From NCBI GenBank assembly GCA_051652765.1, contig JBOFUV010000031.1, forward strand, positions 1-25,260: a stretch of DNA of 25,260 nt. Direction: 5' to 3'. Positions 1 through 8,905 of this stretch are shown one piece after another; the stretch's first letter is position 1; every line of letters begins with the position of its first letter. This stretch comes from Microcoleaceae cyanobacterium. GTDB taxonomy: Bacteria; Cyanobacteriota; Cyanobacteriia; Cyanobacteriales; Microcoleaceae. The notes under the pieces are model-generated. The model did no database searches and was not told where the DNA came from. It saw only the letters and a program-made list of their open reading frames with translations. The position numbers and the translations under genes are program-made.

Positions 1-58
1 CGCTAGTACATAATTAGTACATTGGAGGTGTCCAAGTACATTACACCGTGTACTAGCG
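1..58. repeat. AGTACAT direct repeats plus 10-bp inverted repeat; candidate integrase arm-type sites
   Basis: AGTACAT at 5-11, 16-22 and 35-41. CGCTAGTACA (1-10) and TGTACTAGCG (49-58) form a perfect inverted repeat. Lies next to the att core. Confidence 0.55.
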
Positions 59-96
59 AACTGCTCAACCCCTTGCCTAGACGGCTTTTGAAAACA

Positions 97-138
97 TCGG
101 AGCGGCGGGATTTGAACCCACGACCCCCACTACCCCAA
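97..138 (-). mobile_element. att site: duplicated 3' half of tRNA-Pro(GGG), from anticodon loop to acceptor stem
   Basis: Reverse complement reads TTGGGGTAGTGGGGGTCGTGGGTTCAAATCCCGCCGCTCCGA: GGG anticodon, 3' anticodon stem, T-arm (GGTTCAAATCC) and acceptor strand. The D-arm and 5' half are absent because the sequence diverges at the anticodon loop. Confidence 0.88.
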
Positions 139-200
139 GGTTACAGTCATGTCTTTGAAATACAGTCACAGAGGGGATTGTACAATGCGCGTGTTTTGGA

Positions 201-219
201 TAGACCCAAATTAGACCCA
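201..219. repeat. TAGACCCA direct repeat; candidate integrase arm-type sites
   Basis: TAGACCCA at 201-208 and 212-219 (11-bp period), about 60 bp inside the att core. Confidence 0.5.
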
Positions 220-224
220 GGCAA

Positions 225-509
225 CTACAATCTCCGTTTACGTGCTTGAACTCGCTTAGATGGCATAGATTTGCGGGTTGGCTTGAGGCTTTCTAAATGT
301 TGATGGCACATCGCTTCATGCAATACTGGATCATGCCGTGTCAGGAACCAATGCTTAATTAGTTCCAAGTTATAACGAATTAATTTCTGGGTTGGCTGAA
401 CGAAATGTACCCCAAGAATGAAGTATTGTTTCCGATAGCCTGCCAATGTACGAGGTGTGATTTCAAAGGCTTGGCAAATAGTTTCTTCTGAGACAAGATT
501 TGCTTCCAT
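225..509 (-). CDS. Excisionase-like / winged-HTH DNA-binding protein
   Basis: 94 aa with an HTH-like N-terminus (EETICQAFEITPRTLAGYR) and a GVHF...IRYNLELI..W motif. Lies immediately inside the att site. Confidence 0.65.
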   Translation of the reverse strand: MEANLVSEETICQAFEITPRTLAGYRKQYFILGVHFVQPTQKLIRYNLELIKHWFLTRHDPVLHEAMCHQHLESLKPTRKSMPSKRVQARKRRL

Positions 510-540
510 ATTTCAAGGTGTCGCTACTTGCATTAGAGGT

Positions 541-680
541 TTGGGTTGAGTGCCGTACATACACATCTACGGCATCAAATTTTCTTAGAGCTGAGAGAGC
601 TGGATTTTCCAGCTCTCTTTCTGACAAGATCGTCCACCCCCTTAGCTTTCAGTAGATGCAGCTTCTACAGCCCAACCCAA
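541..680. ncRNA. Candidate structured RNA / leader upstream of the excisionase-like gene
   Basis: Closing helix TTGGGTTG(541-548)/CAACCCAA(673-680) encloses three hairpins: 551-557/568-574, 594-604/608-618 (11 bp perfect) and 652-656/664-668. Confidence 0.35.
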
Positions 681-1146
681 TTAATACGAATGCTATTCAT
701 TTAGGTCAAGCAATAGATGGCATAAATCAAATGATCATAAGTTGGAAAATCATTGAAAGAATGATGTTATCGACTTAGATCATTTGCTTGAAATAACCCT
801 GGCTAAAATGTGTTGCTAGGTGTCATTAAATTATTCTTTATATTGTATCTATTTCATAAATATTTGACAAGTCAAAATATATTTATTTAACTAACTTATT
901 TTCAGAGAGAAAATGAAAGAGAAATTAATCCTAGATCTCTTATTTTTACAGCTATCATGTTTAGAATTCTGGGTAAGATCTGATTTCTTCTGGAACCAAA
1001 AGCGCATAGTTAGAGTATCACTGCGAGAAGTGGTACTCTAACCCATATTTTTTGTCTCTATCTCACAGCTTTGTTGTTTGACTAGAATACTTGAGCATCG
1101 TAGAGATGGCATTTTGTGCGATCGCTCCTTTGATGCAGACATGCTT

Positions 1147-1804
1147 ATCTGGATCAATCACCAGATAGTTCATCATCTTCATGTGGATAATTTGCTCCAC
1201 CACCGGATGACTAATCATGCTTCTATCTCTGAACGTTCACAGATAAGATGAAATCGCTCCTATCCCGAACGAACATTTTAAGTAAGCTAAAGGATGGGCG
1301 ATCGCCCAATGGATCTGGATAAATCACCAATCAACATTTGGGTCGTAATCAGGAATAATACTTGCCCAAATCTCCGGTGGTGATTCTGCGATTTGATTCA
1401 TCGCATCCAGGACAGCTTTGAACTTTCTCCGGGTTGCAAGCTGTTGTGTCAGAGTTCTGGCGATCGCCTCTGAGTCATTATTACAGTCATAGGTAAAGTT
1501 TGCACATTGGGTGCGAGTAATTTCCTCCGGTTGTTGACTCCTTTGCAACCAGGTGGGATCACCACCTTCCTGAGCATTTTTACGTTCTTTGTTGATATTG
1601 CCTGTCCGCATTGTGTAGGACTTGCCATTGCGAATGAATGTTCGGACTTGAGGAGTATCATTAGAAGATGATGAATTTTCACTGGTGGATCTGGAAAATG
1701 TTCCAGATAGCTTTTCACCAGGTGGAACATTTTCATCCTCGGATCTGGAAAATGTTCCAGATAGACTTTCCTCTTCGTCCTGGGATCTGGAAAAAGTACC
1801 AGAT
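1147..1804. repeat. Cluster of 20-bp palindromes ATCTGG-N8-CCAGAT (parS-like)
   Basis: Exact arms at 1147-1166, 1689-1708, 1743-1762 and 1785-1804. Variants at 1225-1244 and 1313-1332. Confidence 0.7.
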
Positions 1805-2622
1805 AACTCTGCTCGAAGCCGCCCGACAGTTATATGAGCAACACCACATTGTTTGGCGATTTCTCTATCGCTCCAGTGCAACCACTCCTCATCGCGCAAC
1901 AAGGTCAAGACGGCCCGTCGCTTGTCAGCATTATTACAGCGTAAACCGTGCTTGGTATTAGCTCCAACAGAATAGAGAACGGCATCTCGCCGAGAACCCG
2001 GATGAATTTCAGCATAAATCATTGCCCGGTCAGCCCGGACATGAGCATAATAACGGTGAAAACCATCTGCCAACCAGTAATCTTCACCATCATAAAATAC
2101 AACAATGGGTGGAATTTCCACCCATTGTTCTAAGTCCTGTTGGTAAGCATAAATTGTTGTTTCATCAGTCATTTCTCTGGGTTGGGTGTTCCCATCCAGG
2201 CGAACTCGAAGCATATCTAGTTGGCAGACTTCTCCCTTAGTAACTGGAGCCAAATCTGAAGGATTCAGCTCAGTAAAATCTTCAAAGCTCAGAAATTCTG
2301 TCATCAACTCATGAGCTTTCAAAAGTTCATGGGGAGTTAGATGTTCAAGGTGATATTTACCGAAATAGTGATTCAGCCAATCTTCTAAATCTGAGATGGG
2401 GAAGAGTTCTAGAGTTTGAATCAATTCCTGGCATTTCTCTGATTCATAAAACATCTGATGGGTAACCCACTCGAACTTCTGGCGGTTTTCAGAGTCAAGT
2501 TCTGTCGCGGCTTCTTGCAGTTCTTGAGAAGAATGTTTCTGTCTGAGTTGGGCAATTCTGTTGTAATGTTCAGTTGGATTATCTCCCTGTAAAGCATTGA
2601 AAATTTCCAGTGTTAAACTCAT
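1324..2622 (-). CDS. ParB/Srx-like N-terminal-domain protein with HTH
   Basis: PPIVVFYDGEDYWLADGFHRYYA ParB motif, AN..HGL...ADKRRAV, and HTH WSDREIAKQCGVAHITVGRLR. Confidence 0.8.
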   Translation of the reverse strand: MSLTLEIFNALQGDNPTEHYNRIAQLRQKHSSQELQEAATELDSENRQKFEWVTHQMFYESEKCQELIQTLELFPISDLEDWLNHYFGKYHLEHLTPHELLKAHELMTEFLSFEDFTELNPSDLAPVTKGEVCQLDMLRVRLDGNTQPREMTDETTIYAYQQDLEQWVEIPPIVVFYDGEDYWLADGFHRYYAHVRADRAMIYAEIHPGSRRDAVLYSVGANTKHGLRCNNADKRRAVLTLLRDEEWLHWSDREIAKQCGVAHITVGRLRAELSGTFSRSQDEEESLSGTFSRSEDENVPPGEKLSGTFSRSTSENSSSSNDTPQVRTFIRNGKSYTMRTGNINKERKNAQEGGDPTWLQRSQQPEEITRTQCANFTYDCNNDSEAIARTLTQQLATRRKFKAVLDAMNQIAESPPEIWASIIPDYDPNVDW

Positions 2623-2689
2623 TAGGTTTACTCCTTATATGACTGTGTGATGCGTGTCAATTTTGAGTAACACCCGTTGAAGATTTGAG

Positions 2690-5600
2690 TCAGCCCTTGT
2701 AATGCCTAATGAACCAGGCTTTAGCAGGTTCAGAAATCTTGTATCTTAATAGATTTTCTATCTCCTGTGATGTAGGAAACCGATACTTGCCTTGCTGAAG
2801 ATCTTCAGGCTTGATACAGCTTCCTCTTCGACTGATAAATCCACTTGAATTAATAGTGACAATTTCATGAATGTTTCCAAGTGGATCAAGCAGAACGGCA
2901 TTGATCGCTAATTGGGGGATTTCAGGCGGAGAACGTTCGATGGGGGTGTCTAAATTTTTTAGACACTTTTTAGACAAAATTGAGACATCTTGATCTACTT
3001 CAGGGTAGAAGTTTGAGGCTGATTTTTGACCATTTTTAGACAATTTAGACAGGGTACTTATTTTTTTTGACGAGTCTGTAGGCGTGAAAAAATAAACATC
3101 GGTATCTAAATTGTCTAAATTTTGCATTTTTTCACCCTCTATTTCCCTCTGATTAGGACTTTGATGTGTCTCAAATTCGTCTAAATTTTCAGCTAGGGAT
3201 TTATACAGGGGAGTGTCTGATAAAAAACTGTATTTTTTGTCAATCCGGCTCACTAACCCCAATTCGGTTAAGTTGCGGCACATTAAGTTGACCTGCTGGG
3301 TGGTCATTTTTCTCAGGGCCCGGATGGAGTTTTTCAGGATTGATGGGTTGTAAGATTTGTTGGGTCTGGCTTTGAGGAATTCATGGATAATTTTCTGGGG
3401 AATGGATAAGGGAGTGTCAGGTGTGATTTGTTCACACAGCTTGAACTGAACAACTCGGAAGGAGGCAATGTAGTACTGTGTGTGGTAAATGGCCTTGTTC
3501 ATAACCTCTGGAGGCAATCCTTGATCTTGGAGATTTGCCAATCGCTGAGTCAGTTCTTGGTCAAGTCTGGATAAATCACCAGCTAACTCTTCTTGACCCA
3601 CTTGCCCTTCCTGAACTATTTCACAGACAAGCCATTGGGACAGGTGATGAACGGCCAGTCTTAAACAATGGCCTGGTGCTTTGCCCAAAAAGGCCGCGAA
3701 CGCTGGATTCAGTTCGGAATAATTCATCACCGACTTGCGGCAAGCCATCCAGAAACCGATGAATTGCTGTTTGGAACTTGGTGAAAGTTGAATCAGATAG
3801 CGTTCATTTGGAAGTGCATTCAGGATTTCATAGACCTGATAAATCAACTGGTAAATGTTGACGGAAGCGTCTGACCATTCAACATATTTAGAATGTCGAT
3901 TAGGATAAGAGAGGAGCAGCCGAGAGGCCAAGCCATCGGGGTCATCATATTCTCCCTTGGGGTCAAGTAATGTCCTCGCTGGCGTGGGTTGGAGGTTCCC
4001 GCCGATGATGACGACTTGCTGATTGAACCGGAAGGAGTCCTGGTGTTGCTTGCGGCCCACCCCACTTTTGAGTGGCCCTTTCCAGGCATCCAGAATCCAC
4101 TGCCGACCTGCACCTCCACTGATGATATAGCGGTCAATTCCTTTGAAGATTCCCATCAATTCATCCTCTAACAGTCCAACTCCTGAGAAGATGGGCTGTT
4201 CAGCGATGCGTTGTTTAATTGATGCGAGGGTAGAATCTTCAGCCATGTTGTATTGGCGAGGTGGAATCAGGTACTTCTGGCTCCACAGTCTGAGGTTAGT
4301 TTCCTCATCTTCCACATAATTCCGTTTCTCACTGCTGCTCATTAATGCCCAGTGTTCCTGGATGGTTTCGTATCGTTGCAGTAGAACTTCATATTTCTGG
4401 TGTTCAACATCCTGGAATTCTTCAATCGGGTCAAGGATGCAGTCCCGGCCAACTGACTTCCCAGAAGAGGGGTCGTTGATAATCACTGTCCACAGAACGC
4501 TGTATTCTACCCAACCCCCTTTGTAGATAACAGTTCCATCCTTTCTTTGGATGCGTTCTCCCGGTTGGGCGATCGCCCCTAGCTTGGAACCACAGAAGAT
4601 GGAGCAAGTACTGACATAGGGCTGGATAACAAACTCGATGGGGATGCGGGCGACTTCTGCTTTGCTGGAGAGGGCTTGCCAAATGAGTGGGGGATAAACG
4701 GTGCTCCAATCAAAGTTGGAGACGACCAATTGGTATTCATGCAGGCGTTTGAAGTCATTATGATCTCTTTCTAAGATCTGCTCAGCGTCAAGTTCCTGGC
4801 ATAAGGCTTGATATTGTCGTTGTAAGCCGTAACCCCTGGCAATGTTGGGATAGCGGACTTCCAACTCTCGAAACTTGCTGTAGATCTGGGATTCTGAAAG
4901 TTCGCCTCGGTTCAAGGCAAGTTCTTTCAGTTCGATATCAATTTCCTGGATGACTTGCTCTGGGGTAATTCTTCCTACCTCCTGCTCCGAGTTTTTTGAG
5001 GGCTGCAACTGGTGGATCGGTTCCGGTTTGACCAACTCCAGAATTTGTTCAGTAGTCGGCTTGAAATCTGCAATCCAGTCTGAAAGGTCGAGCCCATGCT
5101 TGATTGGTAGGTTCTGCCAGACTTTAGAATCAGGGAACGCATACAGCCAACCCACCACATTCAGGAGTTTGGCTGTCATCTCCATGTGCAGAACTCCCGG
5201 TTGATCTCGGTCAGGGGCTTGAATGATGGGGGTGTTGCCCAGATCCAAGAGAGCAGGTTTGAGATGCTCTAACCCTTCGTAGAAAGGCTTGATTCCATTT
5301 TTGGTTTTGGACACGGTTTTACCCGTGCCGCCGATGGTACAAAATGCTGGAATCCCTTTGCTCCATAAATCATCTACAACTCCTTCACCCTCGGCATGGA
5401 TGATGGTTTTGCCCTGGGCGATCGCTTCCATCACCTCTGCATAACGGTAGATGGGAATCCCTTCCCGTTTCACACTGCCGTAGCCCGAAACCCAGGTCTG
5501 ACCGTTCCAGTGTTCCTGCCAGATCTTCTTGTCCGTGCCGTCTTTGATGTAAAGCTTAACGACTCGGATCAGGGGATTACCTTGGCGATCGCGGTAAACG

Positions 5601-5845
5601 TAATCAATTGGCTCTGTCTGGGTTCTAGGCTTTTTGGTGGAGCGTTCCTGCTCGGCCACCACCTCCGACCAGGGGCGAATGGCTTCTCTGATGTCTCGGC
5701 GATCGCACCCGTGGAAGCAACTGTACTCGCCTGTTGTGGGGCTTATGCTCAGATCGTTGCCACTGCAGACGGGGCAGTAATATTTGTTCCGTTCCTGAGC
5801 AGGGGTGAGGCGATCTAACCAATCGAGAATGTTAAAATCATTCAT
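2690..5845 (-). CDS. Replication primase-helicase: Zn finger + TOPRIM + DUF3987-like P-loop domain
   Basis: CPVC...CFHGC Zn finger; TOPRIM AEGE...PDRDQPG; Walker A-like DPSSGKS; DEL Walker B; DGLASRLL. Start placed at MNDFNIL (5845); the ORF is open to 5902. Confidence 0.8.
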   Translation of the reverse strand: MNDFNILDWLDRLTPAQERNKYYCPVCSGNDLSISPTTGEYSCFHGCDRRDIREAIRPWSEVVAEQERSTKKPRTQTEPIDYVYRDRQGNPLIRVVKLYIKDGTDKKIWQEHWNGQTWVSGYGSVKREGIPIYRYAEVMEAIAQGKTIIHAEGEGVVDDLWSKGIPAFCTIGGTGKTVSKTKNGIKPFYEGLEHLKPALLDLGNTPIIQAPDRDQPGVLHMEMTAKLLNVVGWLYAFPDSKVWQNLPIKHGLDLSDWIADFKPTTEQILELVKPEPIHQLQPSKNSEQEVGRITPEQVIQEIDIELKELALNRGELSESQIYSKFRELEVRYPNIARGYGLQRQYQALCQELDAEQILERDHNDFKRLHEYQLVVSNFDWSTVYPPLIWQALSSKAEVARIPIEFVIQPYVSTCSIFCGSKLGAIAQPGERIQRKDGTVIYKGGWVEYSVLWTVIINDPSSGKSVGRDCILDPIEEFQDVEHQKYEVLLQRYETIQEHWALMSSSEKRNYVEDEETNLRLWSQKYLIPPRQYNMAEDSTLASIKQRIAEQPIFSGVGLLEDELMGIFKGIDRYIISGGAGRQWILDAWKGPLKSGVGRKQHQDSFRFNQQVVIIGGNLQPTPARTLLDPKGEYDDPDGLASRLLLSYPNRHSKYVEWSDASVNIYQLIYQVYEILNALPNERYLIQLSPSSKQQFIGFWMACRKSVMNYSELNPAFAAFLGKAPGHCLRLAVHHLSQWLVCEIVQEGQVGQEELAGDLSRLDQELTQRLANLQDQGLPPEVMNKAIYHTQYYIASFRVVQFKLCEQITPDTPLSIPQKIIHEFLKARPNKSYNPSILKNSIRALRKMTTQQVNLMCRNLTELGLVSRIDKKYSFLSDTPLYKSLAENLDEFETHQSPNQREIEGEKMQNLDNLDTDVYFFTPTDSSKKISTLSKLSKNGQKSASNFYPEVDQDVSILSKKCLKNLDTPIERSPPEIPQLAINAVLLDPLGNIHEIVTINSSGFISRRGSCIKPEDLQQGKYRFPTSQEIENLLRYKISEPAKAWFIRHYKG
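2946..3185. repeat. GTCTAAA/TTTAGAC iteron-like cluster within the 3' end of the primase-helicase gene
   Basis: Seven exact heptamers starting at 2948, 2958, 2969, 3035, 3044, 3113 and 3179, in both orientations, in AT-rich DNA. Confidence 0.6.
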
Positions 5846-6080
5846 AAATAATGAGTTAAACGACTCTGAATGTCTTGGGGAATTACACTGCCACCAAGAC
5901 ATTTTTGTGTTTAATTTCCGATTGAATGAATTAAAGAAATAAGTTCTCAGCAGGCCATGACAAATCGTTTAGTCACGACCCACGTAACACCGTCGGTTAA
6001 GGTTTTTACCGATTGCAACGATCTCTGAAGTTCGTCGGTTTAGAACCTAAATCAAGCTGAAACTCTGGTGAGAACTAGAG

Positions 6081-6221
6081 TCAAACTGTTGCTCTTGAGG
6101 TGAGAGCTTCATCAAAAACTGTGCCAGGGGATTCTGTACAAATCCAAATTACGTCATGTTCTTGCTGGCGTAATGCTTCTACAGCATCCAGAGGAAAGTT
6201 CTCGTTGGCAAGGAAGCGCAT
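6081..6221 (-). pseudogene. Truncated DUF5615 PIN-like toxin
   Basis: MRFLANENFPLDAVEALRQQEHDVIWI is the typical N-terminus of this family, but the ORF stops after 46 aa. Lies downstream of DUF433. Confidence 0.7.
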
Positions 6222-6471
6222 GGACGACCGGAATGGCATAAACTTTTTCAGCCTTGAGCATAGCACTGGCATAGCTGAGGCAGGCTTGGATATCTTTAAG
6301 GCTGATACCGGGATAATTGCGAAGGATTTCATCGGTGCTCCAGCCTTGGGCAAGGAGGTCAATGATGAATTCAACAGCAAGGCGAGTACCTCGGATGATG
6401 GGTTTACCAACTAGGATATCCGGGTTGAGGATGATGCGAGTTTGCTGATCCACAAACAAACCTGAATACAT
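6154..6471 (-). CDS. DUF433 family antitoxin (C-terminus probably extended)
   Basis: IILNPDILVGKPIIRGTRLAVEFIIDLLAQGWSTDEILRNYPGISLKDIQACLSYA is the DUF433 signature. Confidence 0.85.
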   Translation of the reverse strand: MYSGLFVDQQTRIILNPDILVGKPIIRGTRLAVEFIIDLLAQGWSTDEILRNYPGISLKDIQACLSYASAMLKAEKVYAIPVVHALPCQRELSSGCCRSITPART

Positions 6472-6729
6472 GTCTTTTTTATTTTATGGTCAAGATCAAT
6501 TTTCGCATTCGCCTCTGCATTATTCCTATAAGATCACTTACACAGCCCAAACAGTTTCAGGAATGAGGATGCCTTCAAAAAGACGAGGTAGAAGCTCTAT
6601 AGTTTTTTAGTATGGCGCGATCGCCTTTAAATCACCTCTGCATCAGGTGGGGGTGTGCTTTAGAAAACTGCACAGGCGAGCTGGTCTGAGTATACACTTT
6701 GGTAAACGTTCAATCAAACCCAAACCACT

Positions 6730-7250
6730 ATGCATCCCCTGAACCTCAGAACTTTCAGTCTTGCCTTAGTGTTGAACCTGCTCACATCCTTAGCGCCCGG
6801 AGCCGTTTTGCCCACTCGCTCTGAACCCACCCTTCTCGCCCAAGTTCTAAGCGATCCCAAGTCCCAAGCAGCTCAGTTAATTCAGCAGGGCAATCAACAG
6901 CTTCAGACCAGTCAATATCGAGAAGCCTCCAATCCTACGAACGCGCCCTCGCACTCTATCGGCAAGTGGGCGATTCTCCAGAGGAGAGGCTGCGCCAACG
7001 CAACGGCGAAGCTGACGCACTGACGGGTCTGGGTGTTGCTTACGGGTCTCTGAGCCAACCCGATCAGGCGATTCAATATTTGCAGCAATCCGTTCAGGTG
7101 ACGGAATCTATTCGGGCACAAATTCCGGCTGTGTCTCAGGCGGCCTATCTTCAGAGCGTTGCTCCCCGGTATCGGTTACTGGCAGAACTGTTGCAGAAAC
7201 AAGGACGAAGTACCGAAGCTCAAGCAGTGCTGAAGTTGTTGGGGAATTAA
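6730..7250 (+). pseudogene. Frameshifted secreted TPR protein (TPR-CHAT family remnant, no CHAT domain)
   Basis: Signal-peptide-like N-terminus. Restoring one base near 6927 gives YREALQSYERALALYRQVGD and joins ORFs 6730-7023 and 6966-7250. TPR motif GEADALTGLGVAYGSL. Confidence 0.7.
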
Positions 7251-7385
7251 ATGTAGATTCAATGAAAAAGTTCAAGTTAAACTTTTGGTCATTCCTCGCT
7301 TTAGGTTCGGACTCAAATCAACGTTAATGGGGATTTGAATCCGCTAGAATCTAACCAGCCAATCTCAATGAAAGGAGCGGTCGAG

Positions 7386-8000
7386 ATGGTACAAACCCCG
7401 ACACAATTGGAAACTGAAACGCTGTTACTGCATCTACCCAAAACCCTGAAGCTCTATGTCACCCCGGAACAGTTTGTTGCCCTCGCCGCTAGTAATCGAG
7501 ACTTACGACTGGAAAGAACGGCAGAGGGAGAATTAATCGTGAATCCACCAACGGGCTGGGAAACTGGAAAGCGAAATAGTCGTATTTCTGGAGAGTTGTA
7601 TCTCTGGTGGCGCAATGCCGGTGAACCGGGAGAGGTTTTTGAATCTTCTACGGGATTTTTCTTACCCAATGGCGCAAATCGTTCTCCGGATGCCTGCTGG
7701 ATTAGTCAGGAACGTTGGGATGCCCTGACCGAGGAACAAAAGGGAACCTTTGCGAATATTTGCCCGGACTTTGTGGTGGAGTTGCGTTCCAGTTCCGATA
7801 CCCTCAAATCCCTACAGGAAAAAATGCAGGAGTACCGGTCGAATGGGGCGAGATTGGGCTGGTTAATCGATCCCCAAAAACGAACGGTGGAAGTGTATCG
7901 AGCGGGAGCAGAAGTGGAAGTTCTGGCAAATCCGGCGGAGCTATCGGGTGCAGAAGTTCTACCGGGTTTTGTGTTGGATTTGCGTCGGGTCTGGGGTTGA
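7386..8000 (+). CDS. Uma2 (DUF820) family PD-(D/E)xK endonuclease
   Basis: LRLERTAEGELIVNPPTG, RSPDACWI, CPDFVVELRS, GARLGWLIDP. AAGGAG RBS precedes ATG 7386. Confidence 0.92.
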   Translation: MVQTPTQLETETLLLHLPKTLKLYVTPEQFVALAASNRDLRLERTAEGELIVNPPTGWETGKRNSRISGELYLWWRNAGEPGEVFESSTGFFLPNGANRSPDACWISQERWDALTEEQKGTFANICPDFVVELRSSSDTLKSLQEKMQEYRSNGARLGWLIDPQKRTVEVYRAGAEVEVLANPAELSGAEVLPGFVLDLRRVWG

Positions 8001-8860
8001 TAGACTCAGATCCAACTTATCGGTTGATTTGATGGCAACCGCGATCGCCTTCTGACTTCCCACCAAAATTACCAGCTTCTTGGCACGGGTAATCCTGGTG
8101 TAGACCAGATTCCGGCTGAGCATCATGAAATGCTGCATGTACAGAGGCAGAACCACCACCGGAAACTCACTGCCCTGACTTTTATGGATGGAGATGTTCC
8201 AGGCCAGAGAAATCTCATTCAAATCGGCGTAGTCATAAACCACGATCCTCTCCCTATACTGCACCTGAACTTCCTGTTCGACGGTATCAATTCCATGCAC
8301 CAAGCCCAAGTCCCCGTTGAACACCTCTCTTCCATAGTCGTTGGTCAGTTGGATACTCGGTCTCCCACCCGCAAAACTGCACCCCCTCGCGCCAGCTCAA
8401 CTTTCCCTGGTTCCGGTGGATTGAGCAACTGTTGCAATACCCGATTCAGGTTCCGGGTTCCGACCACGCCCCGAATCATGGGAGAAAGCAACTGCATTTG
8501 AGTTCGAGGATTGAAGCCCAACTTGGGGATGGAGATGCTGAAGATGATGGCACTTTGGGCCGCCTGCCGGAATACCTGCGTTAACCGCGCCACTGGGATC
8601 TGGGCAGAGTCGATTAAATCCTTCAACACACTTCCTGGCCCCACGCTGGGGAGTTGATCCACGTCCCCCACCAACAGCAATTGGGCATCCTTGCTGCCGA
8701 CAGCGGTTGCCAGATCCCTGGCTTTTGGGAGTTGAATGTGGGCCACGGTGTAGCCGGATTCTTCGGAGTGGGAGGTGATGCGCTCGACCACTCCGGTGAG
8801 GGTTTCGGTGTGAGAAGTGGTATTAATTGTTTTAGCAGAATATTGAGCTGGCTTGGACAT
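7959..8860 (-). pseudogene. recD2: Internally deleted, frameshifted RecD2/TraA-like SF1B helicase
   Basis: The N-terminal block (LTGVVERIT...SGYTV) is fused directly to [16 protein letters not shown] and [24 protein letters not shown] and RNLVYT.ITRAK follow in another frame. Walker A region missing. Confidence 0.85.
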
Positions 8861-8905
8861 TTTCTAGACTGGTTTCAAGCAAGAAACTTATAAAGAAAAA
8901 TTGAA

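Noticed and set aside
97..170. Functional tRNA-Pro gene
   Set aside because: Only the 3' half is present; there is no D-arm or 5' acceptor strand
22..249. 75-aa ORF
   Set aside because: It runs antisense across the att/tRNA fragment and is likely spurious
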